64,000 nt of DNA from an uncultured Clostridia bacterium (GCA_963558405.1 CAUWGC010000002.1:40852-104851), one strand, 5' to 3'; positions 37,970 to 47,348 are shown, counted from the stretch's first letter. The notes: a model not told the origin generated them from the letters alone. Translations and numbers: made by a program.

Positions 37970-38013
37970 ATATACTCCTTCCTAAAAAAGAGCTAGTAAT
38001 ACTAACTCAATTT

Positions 38014-38343
38014 TTATATTTTTTGTAAAATATCTTTCATTAGAACTTCATCAACTAAACCATCTATCATTTGCTGATATTTAGCAAGTATAGTTATTTC
38101 GTGTGTATTAGGAGCTTCATATTTTTCTTTAATTTGTTTTTCTACTTGCTCTTTCAACTCTAAAATGTACTTTTCTCGCTCAAATATCTTAATTTCAAGT
38201 TTTCCTGTAAGCTCTAACTCTTGTTTTCTATATGGATAATTTTTTTCCATATTTGCTAAGATCATTTCTCCATACTTTCCAAAAATCATTTCAATTCCCT
38301 TCCTTCCATAATAAATTTTACAATACACCATAGGCTTATACAA
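38014..38343 (-). CDS. hypothetical protein
   Basis: A 109-aa ORF. Confidence 0.35.
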   Translation of the reverse strand: MYKPMVYCKIYYGRKGIEMIFGKYGEMILANMEKNYPYRKQELELTGKLEIKIFEREKYILELKEQVEKQIKEKYEAPNTHEITILAKYQQMIDGLVDEVLMKDILQKI

Positions 38344-38498
38344 AACCTAGAAACAAAAAAGAGATGTTAAGAACTTTCGCTCTTTTGCATCTCTCATACT
38401 TGTTTCATTATACTTATTATACTACTTATTTTTGATATTTCAACCTAGTCTTTTTTGTGTACTCTTTTTTGTGTGTACTTTTTTGTCTAGTATTTTTG

Positions 38499-38993
38499 TT
38501 AAACTTTTTTATCCTTTGATTTTAACTTTTCTATCTCCATATTATCTTCTAGTTCATTTAACCTTTCAAATTCATTTATCAATGTATTTATTGGAATATT
38601 CAAATCTAGTATAGGTTTTAGCATTTTTTCTAATTCATTTATCTTCTTATCTTTTTCTTTTACTTGATATTCAAGTTGTTTTGTGTATTCATCTATTTTG
38701 TCATCATTTATTAAATATGTTTTTTCTTTTTCAAATTTTATTCCATTTACTTCGCAACTTTTATCCCAATTAGGATTTTGATATTGTTTACTTTCTTCAT
38801 TAAAATTTATTCTATGTTGTAATAATAATGTTCTTAATAAAAACTCTGTATCACGATTCACTTCATCAAATGCAGTTTCTGTAGCAATAAATACTAGGTC
38901 TTTATACATATTTCTCAAAACATCTATACTTAAATCTTCTATCGGTTGTTCCATATAATTATTATAATTTTTCTTAAAATCATCCCAAAGCAT
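38499..38993 (-). CDS. hypothetical protein
   Basis: A 164-aa ORF. Confidence 0.4.
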   Translation of the reverse strand: MLWDDFKKNYNNYMEQPIEDLSIDVLRNMYKDLVFIATETAFDEVNRDTEFLLRTLLLQHRINFNEESKQYQNPNWDKSCEVNGIKFEKEKTYLINDDKIDEYTKQLEYQVKEKDKKINELEKMLKPILDLNIPINTLINEFERLNELEDNMEIEKLKSKDKKV

Positions 38994-38994
38994 A

Positions 38995-39549
38995 TTACTT
39001 TTCTCCTTCCTTTAATTTTTCTTCATAATATACAAAAATATCATCAATTTTCCTATCTCCAAAACATCTTTTATAATCTTCTTGTTCGTTTTCTTTCCAC
39101 CATTCAAATTTCTCTTTTATTTTATTTCTTACCTTTGTAGTATCTATGTTAGAATTCTTTTCTATAGCTAACAAAACATTTATACTATCCCAACCACTAA
39201 TTGAGACATCAAAGTATCTTATTGCTTCATAACCAAATTCATCTTTAGTTTCTTCTATTTTTCTATCATAAGAAATATATAAGTAGTCATCCTTAAATAA
39301 ATGATTTTCCTTTACATATTCATAATATAAATCTTTTACTCCTGAAGTTTTAACAAAACCTGTCAAATACCATATCGTTTTACTTCTAAATTTAATGTAA
39401 TCCTTTGGTAGATCTTTCTCTTTAATTTTGGTAGGATGCCATCCTAATGAATATAAATACTCGTTTTTTTCATCAATTGGTCTCCAAGTTTTTCTATCAA
39501 ATTTTCCTTTTGAATACCAATATGAATTTATCTTTTTCATCTTTATCAC
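38995..39549 (-). CDS. hypothetical protein
   Basis: A 184-aa ORF that overlaps the downstream metallophosphoesterase gene by 4 bp. Confidence 0.4.
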   Translation of the reverse strand: MIKMKKINSYWYSKGKFDRKTWRPIDEKNEYLYSLGWHPTKIKEKDLPKDYIKFRSKTIWYLTGFVKTSGVKDLYYEYVKENHLFKDDYLYISYDRKIEETKDEFGYEAIRYFDVSISGWDSINVLLAIEKNSNIDTTKVRNKIKEKFEWWKENEQEDYKRCFGDRKIDDIFVYYEEKLKEGEK

Positions 39550-40388
39550 CCCTTAAACATATATAAGTCATTATAGTTTGTGTCGGTATCTATTATTGCA
39601 TAAAACATATCTTTATTACCTCTTTCTGTTTGCCCTGTTTGTATGCAAATTGTCCCATTCAATTCATTTTTCCAAATTCCTGTAACTCTATAAGATTCGT
39701 GAATATGACCGTGTAAAGACATATAAGCATTACTTTTTTCTAAGAAATTAGTTATTGCTTTTGAGCCTACTTGTCGTTTATCCATACATACATCTAGTCC
39801 TATTCCAAATGGTGGATTATGAAATACATAAATAACCTTTTTTCCTTCTGTTGCTTTAGGTAAATGTTCTAAGACATTTTCCATTTTTTCTATATTATTT
39901 CTATATTCTTTCCATTCATCAACAGATAACATATTTCTACATTTTTCGACATATATTATTCTTGATAATTGAAACTGCATTTCTAAATTTTTCTCAATTA
40001 CGACTCTATCTTTACAGCCAAAAGGATGGTCTAATACTTTAGATAATCCTATAAATGAATTATTTTCAATATCTACCTTTTTATTATCTATATTAAATAC
40101 ATTATCAAATTTGCTACACTCATTTTCAAATATTTCATCTAATTGTTCTAAATCATCATTTCCTAATATACAAATACATTTAATATTATTTTTTTTCAAT
40201 TCGGTAAAATAATTATCGAAAAATTGCTCTATAAATATTTTTTGTTCATTATATCTATCGCTACAATTTTTAGGTAATAGATCTCCTCCAAATACTAAAT
40301 ATTCTACTTTTTGTTTTATTGTCTCTTCTAATAATTTTTTGTATTTATATTCATCTCCGTGAATATCACTGGCATATATAAATTTCAT
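39546..40388 (-). CDS. calcineurin-like metallophosphoesterase
   Basis: The family motifs are present: DIHGD, GGDL, GNDD and HGHIH. Confidence 0.7.
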   Translation of the reverse strand: MKFIYASDIHGDEYKYKKLLEETIKQKVEYLVFGGDLLPKNCSDRYNEQKIFIEQFFDNYFTELKKNNIKCICILGNDDLEQLDEIFENECSKFDNVFNIDNKKVDIENNSFIGLSKVLDHPFGCKDRVVIEKNLEMQFQLSRIIYVEKCRNMLSVDEWKEYRNNIEKMENVLEHLPKATEGKKVIYVFHNPPFGIGLDVCMDKRQVGSKAITNFLEKSNAYMSLHGHIHESYRVTGIWKNELNGTICIQTGQTERGNKDMFYAIIDTDTNYNDLYMFKG

Positions 40389-40579
40389 TATTCTCCTCCC
40401 TTCGATCTTTTGTTTTTATACCATTCTCTTATTGCACTACCTAAAGCCACTTTCTCCTTACCATAATTTTCACTTGGAAAATCTGATAAGTTATAAATAA
40501 TTAGTGCTGTCGGTACACTACACTTTCTTAATTTTGCAAACTCAGTCGGTGTATAAAAAATATTATCATTTAGTTCCAT
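40388..40579 (-). CDS. hypothetical small protein
   Basis: A 63-aa ORF. Confidence 0.3.
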   Translation of the reverse strand: MELNDNIFYTPTEFAKLRKCSVPTALIIYNLSDFPSENYGKEKVALGSAIREWYKNKRSKGGE

Positions 40580-40594
40580 TTTTAACTCCTGTTT

Positions 40595-40924
40595 TTAAAT
40601 GTTTAGCATATTCATTGATTCAAAATAAATATATGCCTCTTTAAAACCTAATTTAAAGGATTCTTTTAATTCAATAACATCAAGTTCTCCTTGTAATTCA
40701 AGAATCTCCAAAATTGCTTTCTGTTCAGCATTATTTAATTCTACATTCTCTTTTTCTTCTAAGAATTTAATTACATTTGGGTATTTTTCTTTTAAATTAC
40801 ATATCTTCTGATTTAATTTCTTATATTCTTTCTTTTGTAAAACATTCAATACTTTGTGCTTATCAAAATATTCCCAGAAATCATCAGAATATGTGTCAAA
40901 AAAACCTTCTTCAAAATTTTCCAT
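40595..40924 (-). CDS. hypothetical protein
   Basis: A 109-aa ORF with conserved promoter copy 4 upstream. Confidence 0.4.
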   Translation of the reverse strand: MENFEEGFFDTYSDDFWEYFDKHKVLNVLQKKEYKKLNQKICNLKEKYPNVIKFLEEKENVELNNAEQKAILEILELQGELDVIELKESFKLGFKEAYIYFESMNMLNI

Positions 40925-40951
40925 TTAATATCCCTCCTATCCTATTTTTGC

Positions 40952-40990
40952 ATTATATAGAATAAAAAAAGACAATCCCAAACCTTTTTA
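40952..40990 (-). promoter_or_regulatory. conserved ICE promoter motif copy 4
   Basis: On the minus strand: AAAAAGGTTTGGGATTGTCTTTTTTTATTCTATATAAT. Confidence 0.5.
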
Positions 40991-41088
40991 TAAAAAAATT
41001 AAAAATGTGCCACTTTATACAGCGACACATCTTTATATTATATACAAATTCCTTCATTTTCAAGTATTTAATTATTTTTATTTTAATT

Positions 41089-41343
41089 TTAATTTATTTC
41101 ATCTATCACTTCCTCATTTAAAATTTTCTTTAAAAGTTCTAATTTGGTTTCAGCTTTTATTCTTAACTCTTTTTCTCGTTCATACATTTCTTTACTAATA
41201 GAATCTCCACCTACTTTTATTTTGTATTGTCCTCCCTCAGTTTTTATATACTCGACTTCTTTATTATATAGTAATTGTAATGCAACATTATAACCTATCT
41301 TCCTTCGTTTCATAAACTCACTTAAACTAATCCATTCTTCCAT
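41089..41343 (-). CDS. small HTH DNA-binding protein
   Basis: It contains LSEFMKRRKIGYNVALQLLYNKE. The ORF is 84 aa. Confidence 0.4.
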   Translation of the reverse strand: MEEWISLSEFMKRRKIGYNVALQLLYNKEVEYIKTEGGQYKIKVGGDSISKEMYEREKELRIKAETKLELLKKILNEEVIDEIN

Positions 41344-41688
41344 TTAATTCACTTCTTTCTCACTAGGTATCTTATTAACAAAACATCCTATATTTAATTT
41401 TTTCATCTTGGATATTTCTTCATCTAACTGTCTTTCAGTAGTAATTCCATATTTTCTTAATTCCTTTACAATGACTTTATTATTTGTAAGAATGTATTTT
41501 AAATCAATATCCCTTGTATCTTGTTGTTGTCCTACAAATTCTAAGAACTTGCTTTTAATGATAACATAGTTCCATTTGCCTGTTTTTGATTGAATAGCTG
41601 TCCCAAAATCAAACCTTCCCTGTCTTAAACCTGCTCTTATAAATTCAGGATTTTTATTTATTATTTTTCCTGCCTCTATAGGAGTCAT
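41344..41688 (-). CDS. hypothetical protein
   Basis: A 114-aa ORF with conserved promoter copy 5 upstream. Confidence 0.4.
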   Translation of the reverse strand: MTPIEAGKIINKNPEFIRAGLRQGRFDFGTAIQSKTGKWNYVIIKSKFLEFVGQQQDTRDIDLKYILTNNKVIVKELRKYGITTERQLDEEISKMKKLNIGCFVNKIPSEKEVN

Positions 41689-41763
41689 TGTTTCAACTTT
41701 TTCTATTTACATTCCCCCCTTTACTATAAAAATTTAATGTGTGTCGTTCCGCAAACTAATAAC

Positions 41764-41803
41764 ATTATAAAATAATTTAAAAGACAATCCCAAACCCTTT
41801 TTA
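41764..41803 (-). promoter_or_regulatory. conserved ICE promoter motif copy 5
   Basis: On the minus strand: AAAAAGGGTTTGGGATTGTCTTTTAAATTATTTTATAAT. Confidence 0.5.
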
Positions 41804-41845
41804 TAAAAAATTTACAAAAAAAAATAAAGCTAGTACAATAATGCA

Positions 41846-42394
41846 CTAGCTAACTTGTTTTAATAAAAATTCATATAATTCTTTAGTTGTTTTTAATATT
41901 AAATCAGCTCTAACAAAACAAGGTTTCTCATTGTAGTTATTTCCCTTTCCATCGTTAGAATATCTTAGTTTACAACCATCATCATCTATTATATTTAATA
42001 CCTCTATTAACATATCAAAATCAGTATTACTTATATTTACCTCGTTTTTTAATTCTTTCCATAATTCCTTTAATTTATGTATTTTCTTAATTTTTCCTTG
42101 TTTACTATTTAATACTGCTTTAATAGATAGTTCTATTGTATGCCTACACAAAAATAAAAAAGGCATACACATTTGATTTGTTCTAAATACTTTTATTTTT
42201 TCATCAGGATTATTTTCACTACGAAAGAACACATATAAACATTCTGCTGAATGTAAATAAGCATCTATTATCTCTCTTTCTGCTGTTTTATTTCTAAGTT
42301 CTTCTTTAAAAAAAGGAGAAAGAGAAATACAATCCCATTTATAAACTTCTTCTGTAAGTCCATTAAATTTATATCTTATATATTTATTTTCCAT
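41846..42394 (-). CDS. hypothetical protein
   Basis: A 182-aa ORF. Confidence 0.4.
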   Translation of the reverse strand: MENKYIRYKFNGLTEEVYKWDCISLSPFFKEELRNKTAEREIIDAYLHSAECLYVFFRSENNPDEKIKVFRTNQMCMPFLFLCRHTIELSIKAVLNSKQGKIKKIHKLKELWKELKNEVNISNTDFDMLIEVLNIIDDDGCKLRYSNDGKGNNYNEKPCFVRADLILKTTKELYEFLLKQVS

Positions 42395-42411
42395 ATTGAA
42401 AACTCCTGTTA

Positions 42412-42639
42412 CTACAAAGTATTGTAATATTCTTCTAATTCTTTTCTTTCTTTTTGAGTTAAACTATCATATACATTGTCTATTTCTGTATCTGCAATAT
42501 TGTGTTCATCTAAAAATGCTTTATGTTTTAAATCCCAATATTTTCTTTTTATATTTTTTATATTTATATCTTTAATTGCATCAATTTCTTTAGGATTCAT
42601 TGCACAATTATATTTTTCTAAAAACTCATCTAAATTCAT
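42412..42639 (-). CDS. hypothetical small protein
   Basis: A 75-aa ORF. Confidence 0.3.
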   Translation of the reverse strand: MNLDEFLEKYNCAMNPKEIDAIKDINIKNIKRKYWDLKHKAFLDEHNIADTEIDNVYDSLTQKERKELEEYYNTL

Positions 42640-42703
42640 TTTACTTCAACTCACTTTCAAATTGTTTGTAGTGATATTATACCATATCTTTAATAAAATA
42701 GCA

Positions 42704-43147
42704 TTAAGTATTAAGAATATTCTTATTTATCAAATTATTAAAAGTTGCTAGTATTCCTATTTCAAAATAGATGTCATTTATATAAGTTCTAACTGTTGTT
42801 TTAGAAACATATAATTCATCTGCAATAATATCTTCAGGGATATTACCAAAAAACTTGTATTCAACAACTTTCAATTTTGTTTTATCACATTTTCTTAACT
42901 CCTGAAGAATATTATCAATTAGTTCTTTCCATTCTTTATATTCTTTTATTTTGCTGTCTATACTAATATTCTTTATAACTTGTGATTCTACTTTTCTATT
43001 TATTTTATTTTTACTTCTTATTGAAGAATTTATATCTCTGCCTTCAGTAGTATCTTTCTCTAATTCTAGTTCATTTATTAGCCTATCATAAATTGGATAT
43101 TCATATAATTTTTTTCTAATTATCTTCTTTACTTTTTTTGTAACCAT
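42704..43147 (-). CDS. sigma-70 region-4-like / ArpU-family transcriptional regulator
   Basis: ADELYVSKTTVRTYINDIYFEI reads as an r4-type HTH. A GGAGG RBS precedes the start. Confidence 0.45.
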   Translation of the reverse strand: MVTKKVKKIIRKKLYEYPIYDRLINELELEKDTTEGRDINSSIRSKNKINRKVESQVIKNISIDSKIKEYKEWKELIDNILQELRKCDKTKLKVVEYKFFGNIPEDIIADELYVSKTTVRTYINDIYFEIGILATFNNLINKNILNT

Positions 43148-43160
43148 CTTTTCCTCCTAA

Positions 43161-43189
43161 AATAAAAAATCACAACCTTTTAAGTTGTG
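43161..43189 (-). terminator. terminator-like hairpin immediately after repA stop
   Basis: A CACAAC...GTTGTG stem is followed by a T-run on the minus strand. Confidence 0.35.
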
Positions 43190-43957
43190 TTACATATCTA
43201 AATCCATTTCATCTTCTTCAGTATTTTCTGAAGCAAAATTATTATTTTCATATAAACTATCAAAAAATTCTTTAGGATATTCTCTTTGATCATAATTAGC
43301 AAAACTTTTCTTTTTAGTAACTTTTTTATCTTGTCTTGATTCTAATTCATCAACTCTTAATATTACCCATCTTTTAATTGTTGCAAAATCGCTTTTATAT
43401 TCCACTCCTTTTGATCTCTTATATAAAGAAAGTTCTTCTATACATTTATTAGCTTTAGTTTCTCCGTATTCATTAACTAAATCAGTATATTCGTAATTAT
43501 ATAAATACACATTATCTAAAAATTTTTCTTTGCTAACTGTGTGTGTATTTATATTATTATATTTTATATTATTATCTTCTACTTTTTCATCACTACCCTG
43601 GTGATTATTTAATACATAGGGGTAGTGATTTTTTGATAGATAGGGTATATCATTTGGATATATCTTTCGCTGAATAATCTCTTGCTGTTCATTTCTAATA
43701 ATATCTATAACTAAATAATTATATTTTCTTAAATTCGTAATCCATCTTGAAACAGTTTTATGATCTACTCCTAGTTTTTCTCCCAAATACTTATTACTCG
43801 CATAACAATATCCTTCTTTATTTGAAAGAGCAGTAATAAGAGCATATAACAATTTTTCATTTGGTTTTAACTCATTATTAAATAAAACTGTTGCAGGAAT
43901 TACAGCAAAATATCCTATTCTATTTATTTCATTCTGTGTATCCACTTCTCCTATCAC
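43190..43957 (-). CDS. replication initiator (Firmicute RepA_N family)
   Basis: The N-terminus YFAVIPATVLFNNELKPNEKLLYALITALSNKEGYCYASNKYLGEKLGV matches the RepA_N pattern. The ORF ends EEDEMDLDM. Confidence 0.55.
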   Translation of the reverse strand: MIGEVDTQNEINRIGYFAVIPATVLFNNELKPNEKLLYALITALSNKEGYCYASNKYLGEKLGVDHKTVSRWITNLRKYNYLVIDIIRNEQQEIIQRKIYPNDIPYLSKNHYPYVLNNHQGSDEKVEDNNIKYNNINTHTVSKEKFLDNVYLYNYEYTDLVNEYGETKANKCIEELSLYKRSKGVEYKSDFATIKRWVILRVDELESRQDKKVTKKKSFANYDQREYPKEFFDSLYENNNFASENTEEDEMDLDM

Positions 43958-44068
43958 TTTCCTTTCCTGCTACTATACAAGCATATAAAATTAAAATTAA
44001 ACTTAAATTTGCTCCTACAAATAATCCTATTATTAATCCTATCAAAAACATAATTTACACCTCCATAT

Positions 44069-44485
44069 TCAAGCCAAATTTCTTATTTGGGCATTTTTAT
44101 ACACGAACTCAATTAACTTGTCCTTTATTATTTTTTGTTTCTTAAAATTGAATTTAAGAGTTTCCTCAATTTCATCTTTAGACTTATTTTTTAAATATTT
44201 TAGATTTATAAAATCGTAGTATTTAGGATATTTTTGCATTAAAAAAGCAAGTACCTTTTTTATCAGTACCTGCCATCTCTTAAATTCTAATATTTTTCTA
44301 TTTTCTATTATTTTAATTACCTGATTTTCTAAAGTATTGTTACATACCGTTATGCCTTTTCTCCAAGCATTTCCGCTTACATTAACACTACTTATCAAAC
44401 CATCTTTTATCTCATCAATCATTTCATCTATATTATTATAATTATACAAATAAAATTCTACTTTTTTATACTCTTGTTTTGTCAT
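44069..44485 (-). CDS. hypothetical protein (possible ArpU/RinA-like regulator)
   Basis: A 138-aa ORF in the regulatory module. The assignment is weak. Confidence 0.3.
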   Translation of the reverse strand: MTKQEYKKVEFYLYNYNNIDEMIDEIKDGLISSVNVSGNAWRKGITVCNNTLENQVIKIIENRKILEFKRWQVLIKKVLAFLMQKYPKYYDFINLKYLKNKSKDEIEETLKFNFKKQKIIKDKLIEFVYKNAQIRNLA

Positions 44486-44939
44486 CTCCCTGTCCTCCTT
44501 GAAGTAATTTTTTTAATTCAAGGACAAAGAATTCTGCATCTATCTCATTATAATTATTTTCTTCAAAATCTAAGATTACATCAACAATATATTTATCGTT
44601 GTAATCTTCTATGTTTCTTATTATTTTTCCTAAGTCCCTTTTATTATACATTAGCAATATTGTGCTTTTATTATAAAGTTTATCTTGTGCATTAAGTATA
44701 GCAATTTCTAATTCTTCTAGCAATTCTTCAAATAATACAGAAGTATTAGTTACTTCTTCTAGTGAAGTTCCAACATCCGTAGCTAATCTAAGCCACTCTA
44801 TAAAGTAAAAATCTTCAACAAATTCATCGTACTTTTCATTCATTTCTTCTATTTTATTATAAATACATTTTAATCTTGCTATTTTATTTATTTCATTTAC
44901 TAAATCTAAAATTTTCTCTTTTTCCATAAAAACCTCCAA
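44466..44939 (-). CDS. hypothetical protein
   Basis: A 157-aa ORF. Confidence 0.4.
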   Translation of the reverse strand: MEVFMEKEKILDLVNEINKIARLKCIYNKIEEMNEKYDEFVEDFYFIEWLRLATDVGTSLEEVTNTSVLFEELLEELEIAILNAQDKLYNKSTILLMYNKRDLGKIIRNIEDYNDKYIVDVILDFEENNYNEIDAEFFVLELKKLLQGGQGDDKTRV

Positions 44940-44997
44940 AAAAACAACTTCAGCGATTGCTGAAGTTATTGATATTTCAATATTAAATTACATTATT

Positions 44998-45022
44998 TTA
45001 TACCCTTTATTTACCCTTTATG
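44998..45022. repeat. arm-type repeat at right end of ICE (identical to 3648-3672)
   Basis: It reads TTTATACCCTTTATTTACCCTTTAT. TTTTAATGCT direct repeats lie at 45040-45070. Confidence 0.5.
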
Positions 45023-45082
45023 AAACAAATTTTAATGCTTTTTAACGGTTTTTAATGCTCTTAAATGGATTTTTCAGAGAAA

Positions 45083-45115
45083 TAAAAAATCCTCTGTAAC
45101 TAGCTTTAACAGAGG
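45083..45115 (-). terminator. rho-independent terminator of tRNA-fMet
   Basis: The hairpin CCTCTGTTAAAGCTAGTTACAGAGG is followed by ATTTTTTATTT on the minus strand. Confidence 0.55.
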
Positions 45116-45123
45116 TATTTCAA

Positions 45124-45199
45124 TGGTTGCGGGGGATAGACTCGAACTATCGACCTTCGGGTTATGAGCCCGACGAGCTGCCAACTGCTCCACCCCGCG
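45124..45199 (-). tRNA. initiator tRNA-fMet (anticodon CAT)
   Basis: The reverse complement CGCGGGGTGGAGCAGTTGGCAGCTCGTCGGGCTCATAACCCGAAGGTCGATAGTTCGAGTCTATCCCCCGCAACCA is nearly identical to E. coli tRNA-fMet. It has the C1:A72 mismatch, the GGG/CCC anticodon stem, and an encoded CCA. Confidence 0.9.
45152..45168. repeat. attR core inside the tRNA anticodon loop, 3' anticodon stem and variable region
   Basis: It is identical to 3572-3588. Confidence 0.6.
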
Positions 45200-45372
45200 A
45201 TGTTCTTATATAGTATAACTCTTATTTATACCATTGTCAACCCTTTACAAATTATTTGTAAAAAAATTTGAATTTTATAATTTTATTTTAGATAGGCAGT
45301 ATTAGAAAATTCTGCCTATCGTTTTTCTCTTTCTATATTATTATATGCTTTTATCAAAAGAATATTCCTATT

Positions 45373-45993
45373 TTAAACACAAATATTATTTTTTATACTT
45401 TCATATTTATTTTCGCCTATTCCACTTACGTTTTTTATATCTTCTATTGTTTTAAAATCTCCATTTTGCTTACGATATTCTATAATTTTGCTTGCAGTGG
45501 ATGGGCCTATTCCTGTTAATGTTTCTAATTCAGTTTGCGTTGCTGTATTTATATTTATTTTTCCTTCTTTATCTTGCTCCTCCTCTTCCTTAATTACACC
45601 ATCTCCGCTTCCTTCCATAATATATTCCTCTTCTTCATCTAAAATGCTAGGAATATATATTTTCTGACCATCTTTTAGTACATATGCAAGATTTAGTTTT
45701 GATAATTCAGCTTCCAAAGTAGCTCCTCCTGCTGCTTCTATTGCATCTGCTATTCTTGCACCTTCTTCCAATTCTACTATTCCTTCTTCTTCTACATAAC
45801 CCGTAACATGAACTTTGATTTTATTTGTTTTTTCTTTTACTTCGTTTTGAGAAATTTCTTCTGTTTGTTGTAAATTAACTATTGAATATTCTGTTTCTCC
45901 TATTCTCTTATATAGGAATATTCCTATTACAACAAGAATAACAATAATACAAATTCCAATAATAATTTTTTGCATTTTAGTTAATTCTATCAT
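45373..45993 (-). CDS. comEA: competence protein ComEA (SLBB + tandem helix-hairpin-helix)
   Basis: It has an N-terminal TM segment and two HhH motifs: LETLTGIGPSTASKIIEYR and IEDIKNVSGIGENKYESI. Confidence 0.8.
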   Translation of the reverse strand: MIELTKMQKIIIGICIIVILVVIGIFLYKRIGETEYSIVNLQQTEEISQNEVKEKTNKIKVHVTGYVEEEGIVELEEGARIADAIEAAGGATLEAELSKLNLAYVLKDGQKIYIPSILDEEEEYIMEGSGDGVIKEEEEQDKEGKININTATQTELETLTGIGPSTASKIIEYRKQNGDFKTIEDIKNVSGIGENKYESIKNNICV

Positions 45994-46100
45994 ATATACT
46001 TCCTCCTTATTTATTAAATTTTTGTTAAAATCAATAAAATACCATTGAAATTCTGTTTTTTTTACGATATCATAGAAAGGATTTTTTTAAGGAGCCAAAA

Positions 46101-47348
46101 ATGAAAACAAAAAAGATTTTATTATTTTTATTAATTATATATTTTTTATGCATAAATATATGTACTGTTCAGGCTGTTGAAAAGCCTAATATTTATTCTC
46201 CAGCTTATCTTTTAATGGATGCCAATTCCGGAAAAATTCTTTATGAAAAAAATATGGAAGAAAAAAGATATCCTGCCAGTACCACTAAAATAATGACTGC
46301 TATTTTAGCTTTAGAAAATTGTGATTTATCTGAAGAAGCAAAAGTAAGTTATAATGCTGTTTATTCTATTCCAAGTGGATATTCTACTGCTAATTTACAG
46401 GTAGGAGAAGTTTTTACAATAGAACAAATGCTATATGCCTTACTTCTTCCTTCTGCAAATGACGCAGCTGTTGTAATAGCAGAACATATTTCAGGATCTG
46501 TAGAAGAATTTTCTAATTTAATGAATTCTAAAGCAAAAGAATTAGGTTGTACAAATACGCACTTTGTAAATCCAAATGGCATTCAAAATGAAAATCATTA
46601 TTCTACTGCTCATGATTTAGCAATAATTGGACGATATGCAATGCAAAATGAAACTTTTAGAAATATGGTAAAAACCACTTCTTATACACTACCAGCTACA
46701 GAAAAATATAATAAATTTGATAGAAAATTCGTAAATACAAATGATTTAATTCGTTTTAGTTTAAAAGATACTCCTGGAAATTATTATTATCCTTACGCTA
46801 CAGGTATTAAAACCGGATTTACTTCAGCTGCTATGAATTGTATTGTGGCTAGTGCAGAAAAAGATGGTGCTGAATTTATAGTTGTTATATTAGGAGCTGG
46901 TCAAACAGATTCTGGAGATAGTGAAAGATATTTAGATTGTATTTCTTTGTTCAATTATGGTTTTGATTCTTACACATCAAAAGTATTAAAAAAAGAAAAT
47001 GAGATATTACAGCAAATTAAAATTTCAGGTGCTACAATGGAAACTAAAAATGTTGATGTTTTAGTTAAAGAAGAAATTAAAGTATTAATTCCAACAAATG
47101 AAGATGTAGAGAATATAGAGCCAACTATTACATTTCAAGATAATTTGAAAGCGCCTTTATCTAAAGGAACAACTGTAGGAAAAATCACTTATACTATTGA
47201 TGGAACAGAATATTCTAGCAGTCTTATTTTAGCTGATAATGTTGAAAAATCTTCATTTCTTGTTATTTTGTTCCGAATTGTTCTTATTATATTTATTTTA
47301 TATTTAGTAGTAATTATATTAAAATCATTTGATGAAAAAAAGAAATAA
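46101..47348 (+). CDS. D-alanyl-D-alanine carboxypeptidase (PBP5-type, DacA/DacB-like)
   Basis: It has a signal peptide, the motifs ASTTK (SxxK), SAND (SxN) and KTG, and a C-terminal membrane anchor. Confidence 0.85.
   Translation: MKTKKILLFLLIIYFLCINICTVQAVEKPNIYSPAYLLMDANSGKILYEKNMEEKRYPASTTKIMTAILALENCDLSEEAKVSYNAVYSIPSGYSTANLQVGEVFTIEQMLYALLLPSANDAAVVIAEHISGSVEEFSNLMNSKAKELGCTNTHFVNPNGIQNENHYSTAHDLAIIGRYAMQNETFRNMVKTTSYTLPATEKYNKFDRKFVNTNDLIRFSLKDTPGNYYYPYATGIKTGFTSAAMNCIVASAEKDGAEFIVVILGAGQTDSGDSERYLDCISLFNYGFDSYTSKVLKKENEILQQIKISGATMETKNVDVLVKEEIKVLIPTNEDVENIEPTITFQDNLKAPLSKGTTVGKITYTIDGTEYSSSLILADNVEKSSFLVILFRIVLIIFILYLVVIILKSFDEKKK

Larger units (their letters stand above)
3572..45168. 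mobile_element. Integrative conjugative element (~41.6 kb) inserted in tRNA-fMet
   Basis: A 17-bp direct repeat GACCTTCGGGTTATGAG sits at 3572-3588 and at 45152-45168, inside the tRNA. A tyrosine integrase and Xis-like gene lie next to the left repeat. Matching arm-type repeats occur at both ends. A full conjugation module (relaxase, T4CP, VirB4) lies between them. Confidence 0.7.

Noticed and set aside
44951-44970. The perfect palindrome AACTTCAGCGATTGCTGAAGTT near the right ICE end, considered as a terminator.
   Set aside because: No T-run follows on either strand. It is more likely a protein-binding site (it may be an IHF/Xis or repressor site), but a bare palindrome is too weak to report as a feature.
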